The position numbers were made by a program, and so were the translations under genes. From assembly GCA_964451815.1 (NCBI GenBank), contig CAYVIW010000076.1, forward strand, positions 6,210 through 70,209: a DNA stretch of 64,000 bases. Reading direction: 5' to 3'. This document shows positions 20,295 through 32,997 of the stretch, in pieces. The notes below the pieces were generated by a model that saw only the letters and a program-made list of their open reading frames with translations, was not told the origin of the DNA and did no database searches. Source of the stretch: an uncultured Planctomycetia bacterium. GTDB taxonomy: Bacteria; Omnitrophota; Gorgyraeia; Tantalellales; Tantalellaceae. Positions within the stretch are counted from its first letter, which is position 1. The number at the start of each line of letters is the position of its first letter.

Positions 20295-21365
20295 TTATTC
20301 CGATACCATCATGAAAACCCTGTTTATATCATCCATTGTAACTAAGCCTACTACCCTTTCCTTGTTGATAACAGGCAGAGCGTGGCTGTTGTACCTCTGC
20401 ATGAGTTTCCGCGCGACCTCTAGAGTAGCCGTAGCCTTAACAGGAGGAATATCCGCGCGCATAACGTTCTTTACCGGGGCCTCCTGCCCCACTGAATGCA
20501 TGCCCCTCATAACTTCTTTACGGGTTATTATTCCCTTGAGAAGTCCGTTATCCATAACCGCGAAATCCTCCCGGTGGCTGTGGAATATAAGTTCCAGCAC
20601 TTTTTTTATGGGGGTTTCAGGCGTTACATGAACAAAATCCCTTGAAAGAACATCTTCGACCCTGTATCTTTTTATCGTTTCCTGCACCATTACCTGCATG
20701 CCTTCTCCTGACGCGGACATATAAATAAAGACCGCTATGATAAGCAGGAAAATATGCCCGTGAACGATACCGAAGTAAGCGAAAAGCAGAGCGAAAATAT
20801 GCCCCAACCTTACAGCCACCCTGGTAGCTTCTTTTCTTCCCAGCCTGTACGAGAGAGCGGCTCTCAACACCCTTCCCCCGTCCATGGGAAAAGCGGGTAT
20901 CATATTGAAAACGGCAAGCACAAGATTTATCCAGTATATGTGGGCCAGAACATTGAACTGCCCCGTGTATTCTGCCTGCCCGCTCATAACGCGCAGAGGG
21001 TACATCAGCGCTTCGGCCCCCAGAACAGCCCTGAGAGGATAATAGAACAAGATAACCACTATAACGTTCGAAAGAGGTCCTGCCAGGGATATAATAAGCT
21101 CCTGATACGGCTTGGTGGGCATCTCGGGCATGGCAGCCACACCCCCTATGGGAAGAAGCGTTATGGTCTTCACTTTTATGCCGAAATACGCGGCTGCCAG
21201 GCTGTGACATATCTCATGCACTGTTACAAAAAAGAACACGCCCACCACCAGAAAAAGACCGCTGGGCCCAAGCAGAAAAAAGAACAGGGCCAGAAGCAGA
21301 AGGAACGTTACGTGTATATTTATGTCTATGCCCATTACGCGGGCAAGGCGGTAAGAATTCCTCAT
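20295..21365 (-). CDS. Site-2 (M50) family membrane metalloprotease with C-terminal tandem CBS domains.
   Basis: HEICH zinc motif within transmembrane segments, followed by two CBS-like repeats. Confidence 0.8.
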   Translation of the reverse strand: MRNSYRLARVMGIDINIHVTFLLLLALFFFLLGPSGLFLVVGVFFFVTVHEICHSLAAAYFGIKVKTITLLPIGGVAAMPEMPTKPYQELIISLAGPLSNVIVVILFYYPLRAVLGAEALMYPLRVMSGQAEYTGQFNVLAHIYWINLVLAVFNMIPAFPMDGGRVLRAALSYRLGRKEATRVAVRLGHIFALLFAYFGIVHGHIFLLIIAVFIYMSASGEGMQVMVQETIKRYRVEDVLSRDFVHVTPETPIKKVLELIFHSHREDFAVMDNGLLKGIITRKEVMRGMHSVGQEAPVKNVMRADIPPVKATATLEVARKLMQRYNSHALPVINKERVVGLVTMDDINRVFMMVSE

Positions 21366-22654
21366 ATCTTACGCAGTTCCTTTTTTATGCGCGTTTTATA
21401 TTTATCCTCTATTCTGGATATCATCGCCAGGTTCACCCCTGAAGATCGGAATATCGATCCTGCCGCGTCCTTCACGTCCTCGCATGTTACAGCGTCTATC
21501 TTTTTAAGGATGCCATCAACTTCCGGTATGTCCCCGTGCACCATGAATCTGTCTCCGAGCCACATCATACGCGTGGAAGTTCCTTCTATTGCCAGCAGAA
21601 ACTGGCCTTTCATGTATTTTTTAGCCCTGTCCAGCTCATCTTCGGTGACCCCCAGATCTTTCATCTTTTTGATCTCGTCAAGTATCGCCATCACGGACTT
21701 CACGGCTTTCATATTATCGACACCCGCGTGAATATGTATCTCCCCGACATCACTGTGCCTTTTATAAGAGGAGGCCACGTCGTAACAAAGTCCGTACTTC
21801 TCTCTGAGCTCCTCGAACAGACGGGACGACATGTTGCCGCCGAGTATGACGTTCATGAGTTTTATAGCGAACCTTTGGGCCTCGGTCTTCCCCAGCGAGT
21901 GGAACCCCATTGCTATGTGTGCCTGCTCAGACCTGGCGCTTACAAACCTGGTCTTTGGCTCCCTCTGAAGGACCGAGGGTGTGGCAAAGGAAAAAGACCT
22001 GCCCTTCTTACGGTCAGAGAATCTCTCGAACGATATCCGCTGAAGTCGCTTGAAATCAAGCTTTCCCGCCGCTATCACCGATATGTTGCCCGGATGGTAC
22101 ATACTGTCCCTGAAACCCGCGAGGCGGGAGCGGTTCATAGCCTTTACTGTGGTCTCGGTACCGGTGAGGACCCTTCCCAAAGGGTCACCCGGCCACATCA
22201 GCCTTGCCAGTATCTCAATAGCATACTCGGCCGGCTGGTCGCGGTACATCTTTATCTCCTCACATATAACTAATTTTTCCTTTTTGATATCCTCGGGGTC
22301 GAACCTGGCGTTCATTACCATATCAGAGATAACGTCAATACCCAGTTCAATATGTTCAGCCGGGACTTTGACCATATAGCAGGTGACCTCATCGGAAGTG
22401 AACCCATTAAACGCGCCCCCGACACCTTCTATGGCCCATTTTAACTGTTTACAGCCTCTTTTTTCGGTACCCTTGAAAAGCATATGCTCAACGAAATGGC
22501 TTATTCCGCTATCTTTCTCGGATTCGTATCGTCCTCCCGCGCCTATCCAGACTCCCAGGGATACCGACGACATCCCCGGCATAGGCGAAGCTATTACGTC
22601 AAGACCGTTATCAGAAGTAATTCTTTTGTACATGTTATTTTCCTTTTTGATCAA
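21362..22654 (-). CDS. M16 (pitrilysin/insulinase) family zinc peptidase.
   Basis: Inverted zinc motif HFVEHMLFKGT…E, about 430 aa in total. Confidence 0.8.
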   Translation of the reverse strand: MIKKENNMYKRITSDNGLDVIASPMPGMSSVSLGVWIGAGGRYESEKDSGISHFVEHMLFKGTEKRGCKQLKWAIEGVGGAFNGFTSDEVTCYMVKVPAEHIELGIDVISDMVMNARFDPEDIKKEKLVICEEIKMYRDQPAEYAIEILARLMWPGDPLGRVLTGTETTVKAMNRSRLAGFRDSMYHPGNISVIAAGKLDFKRLQRISFERFSDRKKGRSFSFATPSVLQREPKTRFVSARSEQAHIAMGFHSLGKTEAQRFAIKLMNVILGGNMSSRLFEELREKYGLCYDVASSYKRHSDVGEIHIHAGVDNMKAVKSVMAILDEIKKMKDLGVTEDELDRAKKYMKGQFLLAIEGTSTRMMWLGDRFMVHGDIPEVDGILKKIDAVTCEDVKDAAGSIFRSSGVNLAMISRIEDKYKTRIKKELRKI

Positions 22655-22684
22655 GGACAGCCCTTAATTGTACCAGATATGTCT

Positions 22685-23095
22685 CTATCTTATGCTGTCC
22701 AGGTAATTCTGCAAAATGACCTGCGCGGCCATCTTATCTATGACCTTTCTGCGTTTATTCCTTCTGACAGAGGCCTTTATAAGTATGTCTTCGGCTTCTT
22801 TAGTACTGAGCCGTTCATCCCACAGAACCACGGTAAAAGCGCCGCGGCGTTCTATCTTTTCGGCGAACCTTCTTGAGGCAAGCGCCCGTTCTCCCTCGGT
22901 GCCGTCCATGTTCACCGGCAGACCGATCACTATCGTCTTCACTTCGGAGCCGCGCGCCATATCCTCTATTAGGTCTATCGCCTTATCGTCGCTTATCCTC
23001 TTTATTGTATCTCTTGGATGAGCAAAAAAACACATCTCGTCGCTTACGGCGACGCCTATATTCCTGGTTCCCAGATCAAGGCCCATTATTCTCAT
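22685..23095 (-). CDS. ruvX: Holliday junction resolvase-like nuclease YqgF/RuvX.
   Basis: Starts MRIMGLDLGTRNIGVAVSD, an RNase H-like fold. Confidence 0.85.
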   Translation of the reverse strand: MRIMGLDLGTRNIGVAVSDEMCFFAHPRDTIKRISDDKAIDLIEDMARGSEVKTIVIGLPVNMDGTEGERALASRRFAEKIERRGAFTVVLWDERLSTKEAEDILIKASVRRNKRRKVIDKMAAQVILQNYLDSIR

Positions 23096-23098
23096 GAT

Positions 23099-23902
23099 CT
23101 ACACACCGTGCACTGCCCTCGAGATAGAGTCGGCAAACTTACCTATCTTGCCGGGAATGGCCTTTTTGTTCCGGAGACCTCCTTCTATTATCTTTATTAT
23201 CGCGCTGCCGATTATAACACCGGCGGAAGATCCCGCGACGCTTCTGGCCTGTTCCGGGGTGGAAACGCCAAAACCCGCGCACACGGGCTTACTCGTAGCC
23301 TTAGCCAGTTTTTTAAGGTCTTTTTCAAGCCCCCCGGCCAGAGAGCTCCTGGCACCCGTAACACCCGTTAGAGAAACATGATATATGAACCCTTTCGATA
23401 TTGCCGCTATTTTTCTGAACCTGGCCATGGAGGTGGTAGGAGAGGTGAGCATTATTAGATGAAAACCCTCTTTCGCCGACGCCTCGGCCAGCGGAGCCGA
23501 TTCTTCCATGGGAAGATCCGGCACTATTATACCATCAGCTCCCGCTTTCTTAGCTTCCCGGGAAAACTTCGCCAGGCCATATGTGTTAACAATATTGTAA
23601 TAGGTCATGAACACCAGAGGCGTATCAATGACTTTCCTCAAAGACCTTACCAGATCAAAGGTCTTTTTTACGTTACAGCCCGCCTTAAGCGAACGTTCGA
23701 CCGCTTTCTGTATGGTCGGTCCGTCCGCCAGAGGATCGGAAAATGGTATGCCAAGCTCTATTATATCGGCTCCGTTCTCGGAAAGAGCCCTGGCTATTCT
23801 GCCGCTGGTAGACATATCCGGATCGCCCGCCGTAATGTAAGCGATAAAGGCCTTTCTATTACTTTTCCTCAGCTCCCGGAATTTCTCGTCGATCCTGTTC
23901 AT
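23099..23902 (-). CDS. trpA: Tryptophan synthase alpha chain.
   Basis: Resembles TrpA over its full length (…[17 protein letters not shown]…). Confidence 0.9.
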   Translation of the reverse strand: MNRIDEKFRELRKSNRKAFIAYITAGDPDMSTSGRIARALSENGADIIELGIPFSDPLADGPTIQKAVERSLKAGCNVKKTFDLVRSLRKVIDTPLVFMTYYNIVNTYGLAKFSREAKKAGADGIIVPDLPMEESAPLAEASAKEGFHLIMLTSPTTSMARFRKIAAISKGFIYHVSLTGVTGARSSLAGGLEKDLKKLAKATSKPVCAGFGVSTPEQARSVAGSSAGVIIGSAIIKIIEGGLRNKKAIPGKIGKFADSISRAVHGV

Positions 23903-25116
23903 CTTCCCTCTCTTCGCCCTTTCCCCTCAAGGTTCTCCCTTATTATACCTATATCTTTATCCCCTCTTCCCGAGAGGCACACCACTATTATGTCCTTTTT
24001 TGATGTCTTTTTGGCAAGTTTGGGCAGATACGCTATGGCATGCGCCGACTCAAGCGCCGGAATTATGCCTTCTTCTTCTGAAAGCAGTTTCACTCCATAC
24101 ATGGCCGCGCTGTCATCCACCGATACGTAACTGGCCCTCTTGGTCTTTTTGTAAAAAGCGTGTTCGGGGCCCACACCCGGATAATCGAGACCGGCTGATA
24201 TCGAATGAGCCAGTTTTATCTGCCCGTCACTGTCCTGCAGGACCAGGCTCCTGCTTCCATGAAGAATGCCAGGTTTTCCCTTCAAAAGAGCCGCGCCGTG
24301 ATGTCCGCTGTTTATTCCCAGTCCGCCCGCCTCGACTCCAAGGAACTTCACTTTTTTGTCGTTATAGAACGGATGAAAAAGACCCAGGGCATTGCTGCCC
24401 CCTCCCACACAGGCCACAAGGAACGAAGGCAGCTTTCCTTCTTTTCGCGTTATCTGCACCCGGGCCTCTCTGCCTATGACCGATTGAAGATCCCTTACCA
24501 TTACCGGGTAGGGATGTGGTCCGGCAACCGACCCGATAACATAGAAAGTATCGCGCACATTGGTCACCCAGTCCCTTATGGCTTCGTTCATAGCGTCCTT
24601 AAGCGTACAGGACCCTGACTTCACGGGTATCACCCGAGCCCCCAGAAGCTCCATACGAAAGACATTGAGGCTCTGCCGCTCTATATCTTCGGTGCCCATG
24701 TATACATCGCACTTGAGCCCGAACAAGGCCGCCACGGTGGCTGTGGCTACCCCATGCTGGCCCGCCCCTGTTTCTGCTATCAGGCGCTTCTTGCCCATCT
24801 CGACAGCTATCAGGGCCTGCCCGATGGTATTGTTTATCTTGTGCGCCCCTGTGTGCAAAAGATCCTCTCTCTTAAGATATATCCTGCCACCTCCGAATTT
24901 TCGGGTGAGCTTTTCGGCGAAATACAGTGGAGTGGGCCTGCCGGCGTATTCTTTCAGATAATAAGCGAACCTTTTCCTGAAAGAAGATGACCGGCTTATC
25001 CTTTTATACGCCGCCTTGAGCTCTATCAAAGCGGGTATTAAGGTCTCGGGCACATATTCTCCGCCGAACTGGCCGAAATATCCCTTGTTATCGGGATAAC
25101 TACGCTTGTTTGGCAT
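23899..25116 (-). CDS. trpB: Tryptophan synthase beta chain (TrpB1 type).
   Basis: PLP-dependent fold with HTGAHKINN and GGGSNA motifs. Confidence 0.9.
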   Translation of the reverse strand: MPNKRSYPDNKGYFGQFGGEYVPETLIPALIELKAAYKRISRSSSFRKRFAYYLKEYAGRPTPLYFAEKLTRKFGGGRIYLKREDLLHTGAHKINNTIGQALIAVEMGKKRLIAETGAGQHGVATATVAALFGLKCDVYMGTEDIERQSLNVFRMELLGARVIPVKSGSCTLKDAMNEAIRDWVTNVRDTFYVIGSVAGPHPYPVMVRDLQSVIGREARVQITRKEGKLPSFLVACVGGGSNALGLFHPFYNDKKVKFLGVEAGGLGINSGHHGAALLKGKPGILHGSRSLVLQDSDGQIKLAHSISAGLDYPGVGPEHAFYKKTKRASYVSVDDSAAMYGVKLLSEEEGIIPALESAHAIAYLPKLAKKTSKKDIIVVCLSGRGDKDIGIIRENLEGKGRREGR

Positions 25117-25762
25117 TTTTTATGAACTCCTTGATAAGCCCCGCGTCTTTATTGCCGGGGAATTTTTCAACACCACTCGAGACATCCACGCCGTAAGGCC
25201 GTATGGACTTTACGGCCTCGGCTACATTCGAAGCGTCAAGACCTCCTGCCAGAAAGAAAGGCCGGGACAACCGAGTCTTTTCTTTTACTATCACGTCCCA
25301 GTCAAACCTGAGCCCGGTTCCTCCCGGCATATAAGGATGGAACGTATCAAACACAAAATAATCCACGGCATCGTAATCTCCCGGCATGCAGGCCCCGTTC
25401 GGGATTATACTGTCGTAGACCTTGAAAACTTTCATTATGCTCGCGCCGGTCCTCTTTTTAATTAGGTCGCAATACTCGGGACTTTCCTCCCCCTGAAGCT
25501 GAATATGGTCCACCCCGCAGGTGGAAACTACAGATATCACCCTTTCTGGATCCTCGTCCTTGAAAAGCACCGTAGTACCCGCTGATCCGTCCATGCCGGG
25601 GGGCATACCCTTAAGTATGCGGGAGACATCATCTGGATGCACACATCTGGGAGTTCCCTTAACAAAGATGAACCCCAGATTGTCGGCCCCGTTCTCCCTG
25701 GCGCTTATGGCGTCCTCGAGACAGGTTATGCCGCAGATCTTTACTTTGACCATATCATTCAC
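25100..25762 (-). CDS. trpF: Phosphoribosylanthranilate isomerase.
   Basis: Starts VKICGIT…, a TIM-barrel enzyme. Confidence 0.85.
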   Translation of the reverse strand: MNDMVKVKICGITCLEDAISARENGADNLGFIFVKGTPRCVHPDDVSRILKGMPPGMDGSAGTTVLFKDEDPERVISVVSTCGVDHIQLQGEESPEYCDLIKKRTGASIMKVFKVYDSIIPNGACMPGDYDAVDYFVFDTFHPYMPGGTGLRFDWDVIVKEKTRLSRPFFLAGGLDASNVAEAVKSIRPYGVDVSSGVEKFPGNKDAGLIKEFIKNAKQA

Positions 25763-25771
25763 CTTTTCCCC

Positions 25772-27127
25772 TCACCCCACGCGCGGTACGTCTTTCAGGG
25801 CATCCTGTATATATTCATCGGACAGCTCAAAATCCTTGAGCTCTCCGCTGAGATAGGCGTTATAAGAAGCGAGGTCGAAATGACCGTGTCCGCTGAACAT
25901 AAGGACTATACACTTTTCTTCTCCCGTCTCGCGGCACTTTACGGCCTCATCTATTACCGCTTTTATGGCGTGCGCTGTCTCCGGAGCCGGTACCGTGCCT
26001 TCTGTGCCGGCAAAAAGCACCGCGGCCTCGAAAACCGAGTTCTGATGATAAGACCTTGCCTCCATAATCCCCTGGTCCACCAGAAGGCTTACAAGCGGGG
26101 CCATACCGTGATACCTCAAGCCTCCGGAATGTATGTTCGGTGGAACGAAACCGTGCCCGAGCGTATGCATTAATATCAGGGGCGTAGTACGGGCCGTATC
26201 TCCAAAATCATACCTGTAGGGAGCTTTTGTAAGCGTCGGACAGGCGGTGGGTTCCGTGCCTATTATCTGTATATCGGCGCCGCCTAATTTATCCTTAACA
26301 AATGGGAAGGAGAACCCGGCAAAGTTACTGCCTCCTCCGCAGCACCCTATAAGGATGTCCGGGCTTTCACCGGCTATCTTAAGCTGTTTTTTTACTTCCT
26401 GCCCGACTATGGTCTGATGCAGAAGAACATGGTTAAGAACGCTCCCCAGAGAATATTTAACATCTTCGTTGCTTGACGCCATCTCGATCGCTTCGGAAAT
26501 GGCTATGCCCAGGCTGCCGGGAGTATCGGGCATCCTGGCCAGGATCTTTTTACCGGTTTCGGTCCTGTCGCTCGGAGACGGGTAAACCTTGCCGTTCCAT
26601 AAGTGCATAAGGAACTTCCTGTAGGGTTTCTGGTCATAACTGCATCTTACCATGTACACTTCACACTCTATGTCGAAAATATTGCAGGCAAAAGAAAGCG
26701 CGCTTCCCCACTGGCCCGCGCCTGTTTCGGTGGTTATTTTTCTCACGCCCTCTTTCTTGTTGTAATAGGCCTGGGCTACGGCCGTGTTGGGTTTGTGGCT
26801 GCCCGGAGGCGAAACACTTTCGTCCTTAAAATATATTCTCGCGGGGGTCTTAAGAGCCTTTTCGAGCCTCACGGCCCTTCTGAGCGGAGTGGGTCTCCAT
26901 ATACGGTATACGTCGATCAATTCGTCCGGTATATCTATATATCTTTCCTGGGACATTTCCTGTTCTATAAGTGACATGGGAAATATCGGAGCAAGATCTC
27001 CGGGACCGATAGGCTTCCCCGTGGCAGGGTTAAGCGGCGGTTTGAGCGGGACAGGTAGATCGGGCTGTATGTTATACCACGCCCTGGGCATATCTTTTTC
27101 GCTCAGCAATATCTTGGTATCTTCCAT
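25772..27127 (-). CDS. trpB2: TrpB2-type tryptophan synthase beta-like PLP enzyme, present as a second beta subunit.
   Basis: 451 aa with the extended N-terminus characteristic of the TrpB2 family (…[14 protein letters not shown]…[15 protein letters not shown]…). Confidence 0.8.
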   Translation of the reverse strand: MEDTKILLSEKDMPRAWYNIQPDLPVPLKPPLNPATGKPIGPGDLAPIFPMSLIEQEMSQERYIDIPDELIDVYRIWRPTPLRRAVRLEKALKTPARIYFKDESVSPPGSHKPNTAVAQAYYNKKEGVRKITTETGAGQWGSALSFACNIFDIECEVYMVRCSYDQKPYRKFLMHLWNGKVYPSPSDRTETGKKILARMPDTPGSLGIAISEAIEMASSNEDVKYSLGSVLNHVLLHQTIVGQEVKKQLKIAGESPDILIGCCGGGSNFAGFSFPFVKDKLGGADIQIIGTEPTACPTLTKAPYRYDFGDTARTTPLILMHTLGHGFVPPNIHSGGLRYHGMAPLVSLLVDQGIMEARSYHQNSVFEAAVLFAGTEGTVPAPETAHAIKAVIDEAVKCRETGEEKCIVLMFSGHGHFDLASYNAYLSGELKDFELSDEYIQDALKDVPRVG

Positions 27128-27151
27128 TTTCCGTTCTCCCTTCTTTTTTGT

Positions 27152-27928
27152 CTATTCCCTTATGAGTTCCCTGACCTTGTCGACTATGTTATCAGCCCTC
27201 ATGAATGTCTCCCCGATGAGAACCGCGTTAACTCCCAGACTTTTAAGGAACATCACCTGCTCATATGTCTCTATACCGCTCTCTGAAACTATGACCTTGT
27301 TCTCCGGTATCAGACGTATCAGATGCTGGGTAACGGACACGTCAACGTTAAAATCATTAAGGTCCCTGTTGTTTATCCCGATGATGGACGCGGGTGTAGA
27401 CAAAACTTTTTCAACTTCTTCGACATTGTGTACCTCCATAAGCACATCCATCCCCAGGGTCTTGGCGAGCGAATAATAACGGTTCAGCTCTTCCGGCGTA
27501 AGGATATTAGCTATAAGCAGGATAGCGTCCGCGCCCGCGACAGCCGATTGGTATATCTGGTATTCGTCTATGATAAAATCCTTCCTGAGAACAGGTATGG
27601 TCACCCTTTCGGCTACCGTCTTCAGATATTCGAGTCTCCCGTCAAAGAATCTCTCGTCAGTAAGGATGCTGATCGCCGCCGCGCCGGCCGCGTTATAAGC
27701 CAGAGCTATCCTCAGCGGGTCGAAATCAACCCTCATGACCCCTTTTGACGGGGAGCTGCGTTTTATCTCCGCGATAAGGTTTATGTGGCCTTTTCTTGAG
27801 ATATTCTTCTTGAAAGAGCTTTTAATACAGAGGGATTCCGCTTTCTGTTTAAGATCGCTCAGGGACACGCCGGCCTGTGCCTTTTCGATCTCTTTTTTCT
27901 TTTCCTCTATTATTCTCGACAATATCAT
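27152..27928 (-). CDS. trpC: Indole-3-glycerol-phosphate synthase.
   Basis: Resembles TrpC (…EIKRSSPSKG…RKDFIIDEYQI…). Confidence 0.9.
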   Translation of the reverse strand: MILSRIIEEKKKEIEKAQAGVSLSDLKQKAESLCIKSSFKKNISRKGHINLIAEIKRSSPSKGVMRVDFDPLRIALAYNAAGAAAISILTDERFFDGRLEYLKTVAERVTIPVLRKDFIIDEYQIYQSAVAGADAILLIANILTPEELNRYYSLAKTLGMDVLMEVHNVEEVEKVLSTPASIIGINNRDLNDFNVDVSVTQHLIRLIPENKVIVSESGIETYEQVMFLKSLGVNAVLIGETFMRADNIVDKVRELIRE

Positions 27929-28971
27929 TTTCCCCCTTTTGCCCCTGATAGCGAAGCGCTTGTGATCTCGATTAACGCATTGAGTTTATTTAGCGCTTGC
28001 CCCGAATCTATTGAGGCGGCGGCTATTCTCATACCTTCTTTAAACCCGCGGGCCTTCCCCGCGGCCACAAGGGCCACACTTGAGTTCATCAGAACAATGT
28101 CCCGGCAGGCCCCTTTCTTCCCCGAAAGCACTCCGCGCAGTATGGAAGCGTTGGCTTTGGCCCCTCTGCCTTTTACACAGTCCATACTTCTCTTCTTCAC
28201 GCCAAAATCCGAAGGCCGAACGTTATATGTCCTGACCTTTCCGAGATTGAGCTCGCTTATTCTGGTACTGCCGGATATAGACACCTCGTCTATAGGGCCG
28301 TGGCCGTTGACCACAAAAGCTCTTCTGGAGCCGAGATGTTTGAGAACGTTAGCCATATCTTCAGTAAGGGAGGGGTTATATACTCCTATAACATGAAGAC
28401 GAGCCGAGGCCGGATTTGAAAGAGGCCCGAGTATATTGAACACAGTTCGTATGGCTATCTCCTTTCTAACGTGAACGGCGTGTTTCATCGCGGTGTGATA
28501 GATCGGAGCGAAAATGAACCCGACGTTTATATCCTTTATGGCCTTTTCGGTTATTTTTACGGGCGCGTCGATCCTGACCCCGAGCTCCTCCAGAACATCC
28601 GCGCTGCCGCAATGGCTTGAGGCGGAACGATTGCCATGTTTAGCGACCTTGACCCCGCAGGCGGCAACAACGAACGCTGACGCGGTGGATATATTGAACG
28701 TGTTCGATCCCGAGCCGCCTGTTCCACAGGTATCCAGAACATTCGAAGCGACGCCGTCCAATTTTACTTTTAACGCTTTTTGTCTCATTACGCGAGCGGC
28801 GCCGGCTATTTCATCCACTGTCTCGCCTTTTATCGCAAGGGCGGTTATAAAAGAACCTATCTGGGCCGGTGTGGCCTTGCCGCTCATGATAACGCTGAAA
28901 ACCGACCGCATTTCTTTCTCGGAAAGATCTTTCCCGCCAACTATTTTCTTTATAGCTTTTTTAATATCCAT
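27925..28971 (-). CDS. trpD: Anthranilate phosphoribosyltransferase.
   Basis: Motifs DTCGTGGSGSNTFNIST and KHGNRSASS. Confidence 0.9.
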   Translation of the reverse strand: MDIKKAIKKIVGGKDLSEKEMRSVFSVIMSGKATPAQIGSFITALAIKGETVDEIAGAARVMRQKALKVKLDGVASNVLDTCGTGGSGSNTFNISTASAFVVAACGVKVAKHGNRSASSHCGSADVLEELGVRIDAPVKITEKAIKDINVGFIFAPIYHTAMKHAVHVRKEIAIRTVFNILGPLSNPASARLHVIGVYNPSLTEDMANVLKHLGSRRAFVVNGHGPIDEVSISGSTRISELNLGKVRTYNVRPSDFGVKKRSMDCVKGRGAKANASILRGVLSGKKGACRDIVLMNSSVALVAAGKARGFKEGMRIAAASIDSGQALNKLNALIEITSASLSGAKGGK

Positions 28972-29031
28972 TCTCTCGCGCCTTGTCGATAGGGACGTTT
29001 AATATCGCTGTATTCTAAAACGAGCCGTATC

Positions 29032-29601
29032 TTATTTTTCAATATCCACGAAGTTCCGGAGGAGATTTTTCCCCTCAAGTGTCAATATGGACTCCGGATG
29101 GAACTGTACGCCCCACACAGAAAGTGCGGTGTGCCTCAGACCCATTATTTCACCGTCATCCGTCCAGGCAATTACCCGGAGTGGTTCTTTGACGGTGTCC
29201 GGTTTTACCACTAGTGAATGGTATCTTGTGGCCTCGAACGGCGAAGGCAGACCCCGGAAGATACCCTCTCCGTTATGGTGTATGCCACTGACCTTGCCGT
29301 GCATGATCTTGCTTCCCCTTACGATCTCGGCACCATGCGCCTCGGCTATGGCCTGATGTCCGAGACATACCCCCAATATAGGCACCCTGCCGGCGAACGA
29401 GCTTATTACATCCTTTGATATCCCGGCTCCGGAGGGACGTCCCGGCCCCGGAGATATTATGATCTTTTCGGGCGTCAGTGCCTCAATTTCCTCGAGCGTT
29501 ATCTTATCATTCCTTGAGACCTGAACTTTAAGCCCCATCTCGCCTATATACTGGACAAGGTTATATGTAAAAGAATCGTAATTATCGATCACCAGGATCA
29601 T
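29032..29601 (-). CDS. trpG: Anthranilate synthase component II (glutamine amidotransferase).
   Basis: Class I GATase with GVCLGHQ and the HPES catalytic triad region. Confidence 0.9.
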   Translation of the reverse strand: MILVIDNYDSFTYNLVQYIGEMGLKVQVSRNDKITLEEIEALTPEKIIISPGPGRPSGAGISKDVISSFAGRVPILGVCLGHQAIAEAHGAEIVRGSKIMHGKVSGIHHNGEGIFRGLPSPFEATRYHSLVVKPDTVKEPLRVIAWTDDGEIMGLRHTALSVWGVQFHPESILTLEGKNLLRNFVDIEK

Positions 29602-31076
29602 TTCAGACCTCTCTCGGCCGAATCTATCGCTTTCATCATGGCCATCGCTTTGTTAACTGTTTCCTGATACTCATTTTCCGCGACGGAATCGAGCACTATA
29701 CCCGCCCCTGCCTGGACATAAGCGGTATCGCCGCTTGTGACTATGGTACGGATGGTTATACACATATCGGTATTACCCGAAAAACTTATGTATCCCACGC
29801 ACCCGGCGTACGGGCCTCTGGTAACTTTTTCCAGCTCATCTATTATCTCCATGGCCCTCACCTTTGGCGCTCCGGTCACCGTCCCCGCGGGGAAGGTCGC
29901 TCTTATCAGGTCAAAAACGTCCTTATCTTCCATTAGCTTTCCGGAAACACCGCTGACTATATGCATAACGTGAGAGTACCTCTCTATGCTCATTATGTCG
30001 TGCGTTACCACGCTGGAATACTCGCATACCCTGCCTATATCGTTGCGGCCCAGGTCCACAAGCATTATATGCTCGGCCCTTTCCTTTGGATCGGCCAGCA
30101 GTTCCTTCTCGAGAAGAGCGTCGTCTTCCTCGGTGGCCCCCCTCTTTCTGGTGCCCGCGATAGGCCTGACCTCGACCACGCCGTCTTCACCTCTGACGAG
30201 TATCTCGGGAGAGGCTCCTATCATAGTGTCTTTTCCCATCTTAAGATAGAACATGTATGGTGAAGGATTTATTGATCTCAGCGCCCTGTATATCGAGAAT
30301 GTCGAGGCTTTTGTCCTGCGGGTGAACCGCTGGGAAAGCACCACCTGGATGACATCCCCGGATTTTATGTATTCTTTGGCTCGTTCCACTATCGAGCAGA
30401 ACTCCTCCCTGGTAAGATTGGACCCGGCCTCTTCCGACGGAGGATGGGTCTCATTTTCCTTATGCCCGGTCAGGGTGCGCTCCAGTTTTTGCGCTATCTT
30501 CTCTATCTTTACGCAGGCCTTATCATAAGTATCGGCCGGGGAGTCCTTCTCTACAAGCGAATTGGAAACTATCTTTATTTTATGGTCCACATGGTCAAAT
30601 ATAAGTATAGTGTCCGTGAGCATAAGAAGCATATCCGGCATATCAGTATCGTCAGCCTTGCGGCCGGGCAGATCCTCTATGAACCTGACCATGTCGTACC
30701 CGAGATACCCCACCAGACCGCCAGTGAACCGGGGAAGCCCTTTTACCGGAACAAACCTGAAGTGTGACATGTAGCGCCTGACTTCTTCCATCGGATCGCA
30801 TTCGGCCTTATGGGTGTCGACCCTGTCGCCGCGCGTGAATGTTATTGTCTCGCCCTTACTTTTTATTACCAGCGAAGGGCGGCTCCCGAGAAAAGAATAT
30901 CTCGCCGCGTTCTCTCCCCCCTCAACGGATTCCAGGAGGTAAGAATACTCTCCCTCCTCTATCTTCAAAAAGGCCGAAATAGGCGTCTCGAAATCGGCAA
31001 GGATCTCCTTGTAAACGGGAATAACGTTACCTTTTTGCGCCAGAGCTAAAAATTCTTCTTTAGAAGGGTAATACAT
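29598..31076 (-). CDS. trpE: Anthranilate synthase component I.
   Basis: Chorismate-binding domain with the LLES allosteric motif at the N-terminus. Confidence 0.9.
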   Translation of the reverse strand: MYYPSKEEFLALAQKGNVIPVYKEILADFETPISAFLKIEEGEYSYLLESVEGGENAARYSFLGSRPSLVIKSKGETITFTRGDRVDTHKAECDPMEEVRRYMSHFRFVPVKGLPRFTGGLVGYLGYDMVRFIEDLPGRKADDTDMPDMLLMLTDTILIFDHVDHKIKIVSNSLVEKDSPADTYDKACVKIEKIAQKLERTLTGHKENETHPPSEEAGSNLTREEFCSIVERAKEYIKSGDVIQVVLSQRFTRRTKASTFSIYRALRSINPSPYMFYLKMGKDTMIGASPEILVRGEDGVVEVRPIAGTRKRGATEEDDALLEKELLADPKERAEHIMLVDLGRNDIGRVCEYSSVVTHDIMSIERYSHVMHIVSGVSGKLMEDKDVFDLIRATFPAGTVTGAPKVRAMEIIDELEKVTRGPYAGCVGYISFSGNTDMCITIRTIVTSGDTAYVQAGAGIVLDSVAENEYQETVNKAMAMMKAIDSAERGLK

Positions 31077-31081
31077 TCTCT

Positions 31082-31489
31082 TTACTTTTTATCCTGTGGG
31101 TTTACATTTTCACGATATACCTGGTCCGGGTCGAACAATCTCTCGGCGTCTATCCGGATATCGCCTTGAGCATCCACCCGCCTGAAATAACAGCTGAAAT
31201 ATCCTTTGTGGCACGCGGCCCTCTCCTGGTCTACCTTGAAAAGAACAGAGTTATCCGCGCAGTCCACATAGACCTCTCTGACAGTCTGGACACATCCGGA
31301 AGTTTCGCCTTTTATCATTACACGGCCCTTTGAACGCCTGAAAACATGTACCTTTTTTTCTTTCATTGTCTTCTCCAGGGCTTCGCGGTCCATATAACAC
31401 AGTGTAAGGACCTCCAGCGTCCTGTGGTCTTGTATGACCGCGGGTATGAGCCCTTTGCTGTCAAAATTCAGTTTATCTATAAGAGCCAT
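31082..31489 (-). CDS. hisI: Phosphoribosyl-AMP cyclohydrolase.
   Basis: 135 aa resembling HisI (…[10 protein letters not shown]…SGCVQ…). Confidence 0.85.
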   Translation of the reverse strand: MALIDKLNFDSKGLIPAVIQDHRTLEVLTLCYMDREALEKTMKEKKVHVFRRSKGRVMIKGETSGCVQTVREVYVDCADNSVLFKVDQERAACHKGYFSCYFRRVDAQGDIRIDAERLFDPDQVYRENVNPQDKK

Positions 31490-32288
31490 TACTTCCTCCT
31501 TTTTCTTTCCCGCCCGGGAAAAGGCCGTCCTGATCCCTTACCGCCACACCCTTCGCCCTTAGATATTTCTTTACATCTCCTATAGAGAACTCCTTGAAAT
31601 GGAACACTGATGCCGCCAGAGCCGCGTCGGCCTTACCCCGCACAAGGACCTCGGCGAAATGATCGAGTGAACCGCATCCGCCCGAAGCTATGACCGGTAT
31701 GTTAACCGCTTCGCTTATGGCTTTTGTCAGATCTATATCATAACCGTCTTTGGTGCCGTCCCGGTCCATGCTGGTGAGAAGTATTTCTCCCGCTCCAAGT
31801 TTCTCTACCTCGCGCGCCCATTTCACGGCTTCTATCCCCGCGCTTTCGCGGCCGCCGTTTATGTATACCTCCCAGCCGCCGCCCGCGGACGCCTTGGCGT
31901 CAATAGCCACTACCACACACTGCCTGCCGAATCTGGAACTCGCCTGGCTTATGAATTCCGGCCTTTTGACGGCGGAGGTGTTCATCGAGACCTTGTCGCA
32001 CCCCGCGTTCAGAAGCTCCCTTATATCTTCGTTGGTCGAGATCCCGCCGCCCACGGTAAAAGGCATGAACACCTCTTCGGCCACGCGCCTGACGACATCT
32101 ACCATGGTCTTTCTTTTTTCATGGCTTGCGGTTATATCAAGAAACACCAGTTCGTCGGCACCTTCGTCATTGTATATCCTGGCGTTCTCCACCGGATCGC
32201 CCGCGTCGCGAAGGTCCACAAAATTAACGCCCTTTACCACTCTGCCGTCCTTTACATCAAGACACGGGATTATCCGTTTTGCCAGCAT
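31473..32288 (-). CDS. hisF: Imidazole glycerol phosphate synthase, cyclase subunit.
   Basis: Begins [20 protein letters not shown]. Confidence 0.9.
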   Translation of the reverse strand: MLAKRIIPCLDVKDGRVVKGVNFVDLRDAGDPVENARIYNDEGADELVFLDITASHEKRKTMVDVVRRVAEEVFMPFTVGGGISTNEDIRELLNAGCDKVSMNTSAVKRPEFISQASSRFGRQCVVVAIDAKASAGGGWEVYINGGRESAGIEAVKWAREVEKLGAGEILLTSMDRDGTKDGYDIDLTKAISEAVNIPVIASGGCGSLDHFAEVLVRGKADAALAASVFHFKEFSIGDVKKYLRAKGVAVRDQDGLFPGGKEKGGSNGSYR

Positions 32289-32997
32289 CTATTGCCTCCC
32301 TCAGGTCTATGGTGCCCTCGTAAAGGGCCCTGCCGATAATGACGCCCGAAAGCCCCTTCGCTTCCAGGGTTTTAAGCTTGATAACGTGGTCTTTTGTCTT
32401 GACCCCTCCCGCCGAGATTATCTTTATCCGGGAAATGTCGAGTATACTTTCGATACTTTCCATATTCGGACCGGCCAGCATGCCGTCACTTTTAATATCT
32501 GTATATATCATCTCCTTTACCCCGAAACCGGCAAACCACCCGAGAACGGTGGGAACGTCTATATCCACCGAGTCTTCCCAGCCCCCGACGCTTGGTCTGA
32601 AGTTTTTGACATCAAGGCTGAATATTATCTTTTCGCCGAAATCATCAACACAGTTATGCGCGAAGTTTATGTCTGTAAAGGCCTTGGACCCAAGGACCAC
32701 CCTGCTTACCCCTTTGTCGATAGCGCCGCATATATCTTCACGGGTTCTGTAGCCGCCTCCGGTCTCAACGGGTATATCGACAGCCTTAACTATAGACTCT
32801 ACCACTCCCAGATTTACCGGCCTTCCCTCTTTTGCCCCGTCAAGGTCCACTATGTGAAGAAGGGAGGCACCCATCTCCTGCCATTTTAACGCGGCCTCAA
32901 CGGGAGATATATTGTAGACCATTTTGCGGTCATACTCACCCTGCTTAAGCCTGACCGTCTTTCCGCCTATAAGGTCTATCGCTGGTATTATTTTCAT
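32257..32997 (-). CDS. hisA: ProFAR isomerase.
   Basis: Begins [17 protein letters not shown]. Confidence 0.9.
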   Translation of the reverse strand: MKIIPAIDLIGGKTVRLKQGEYDRKMVYNISPVEAALKWQEMGASLLHIVDLDGAKEGRPVNLGVVESIVKAVDIPVETGGGYRTREDICGAIDKGVSRVVLGSKAFTDINFAHNCVDDFGEKIIFSLDVKNFRPSVGGWEDSVDIDVPTVLGWFAGFGVKEMIYTDIKSDGMLAGPNMESIESILDISRIKIISAGGVKTKDHVIKLKTLEAKGLSGVIIGRALYEGTIDLREAIDAGKTDNPVS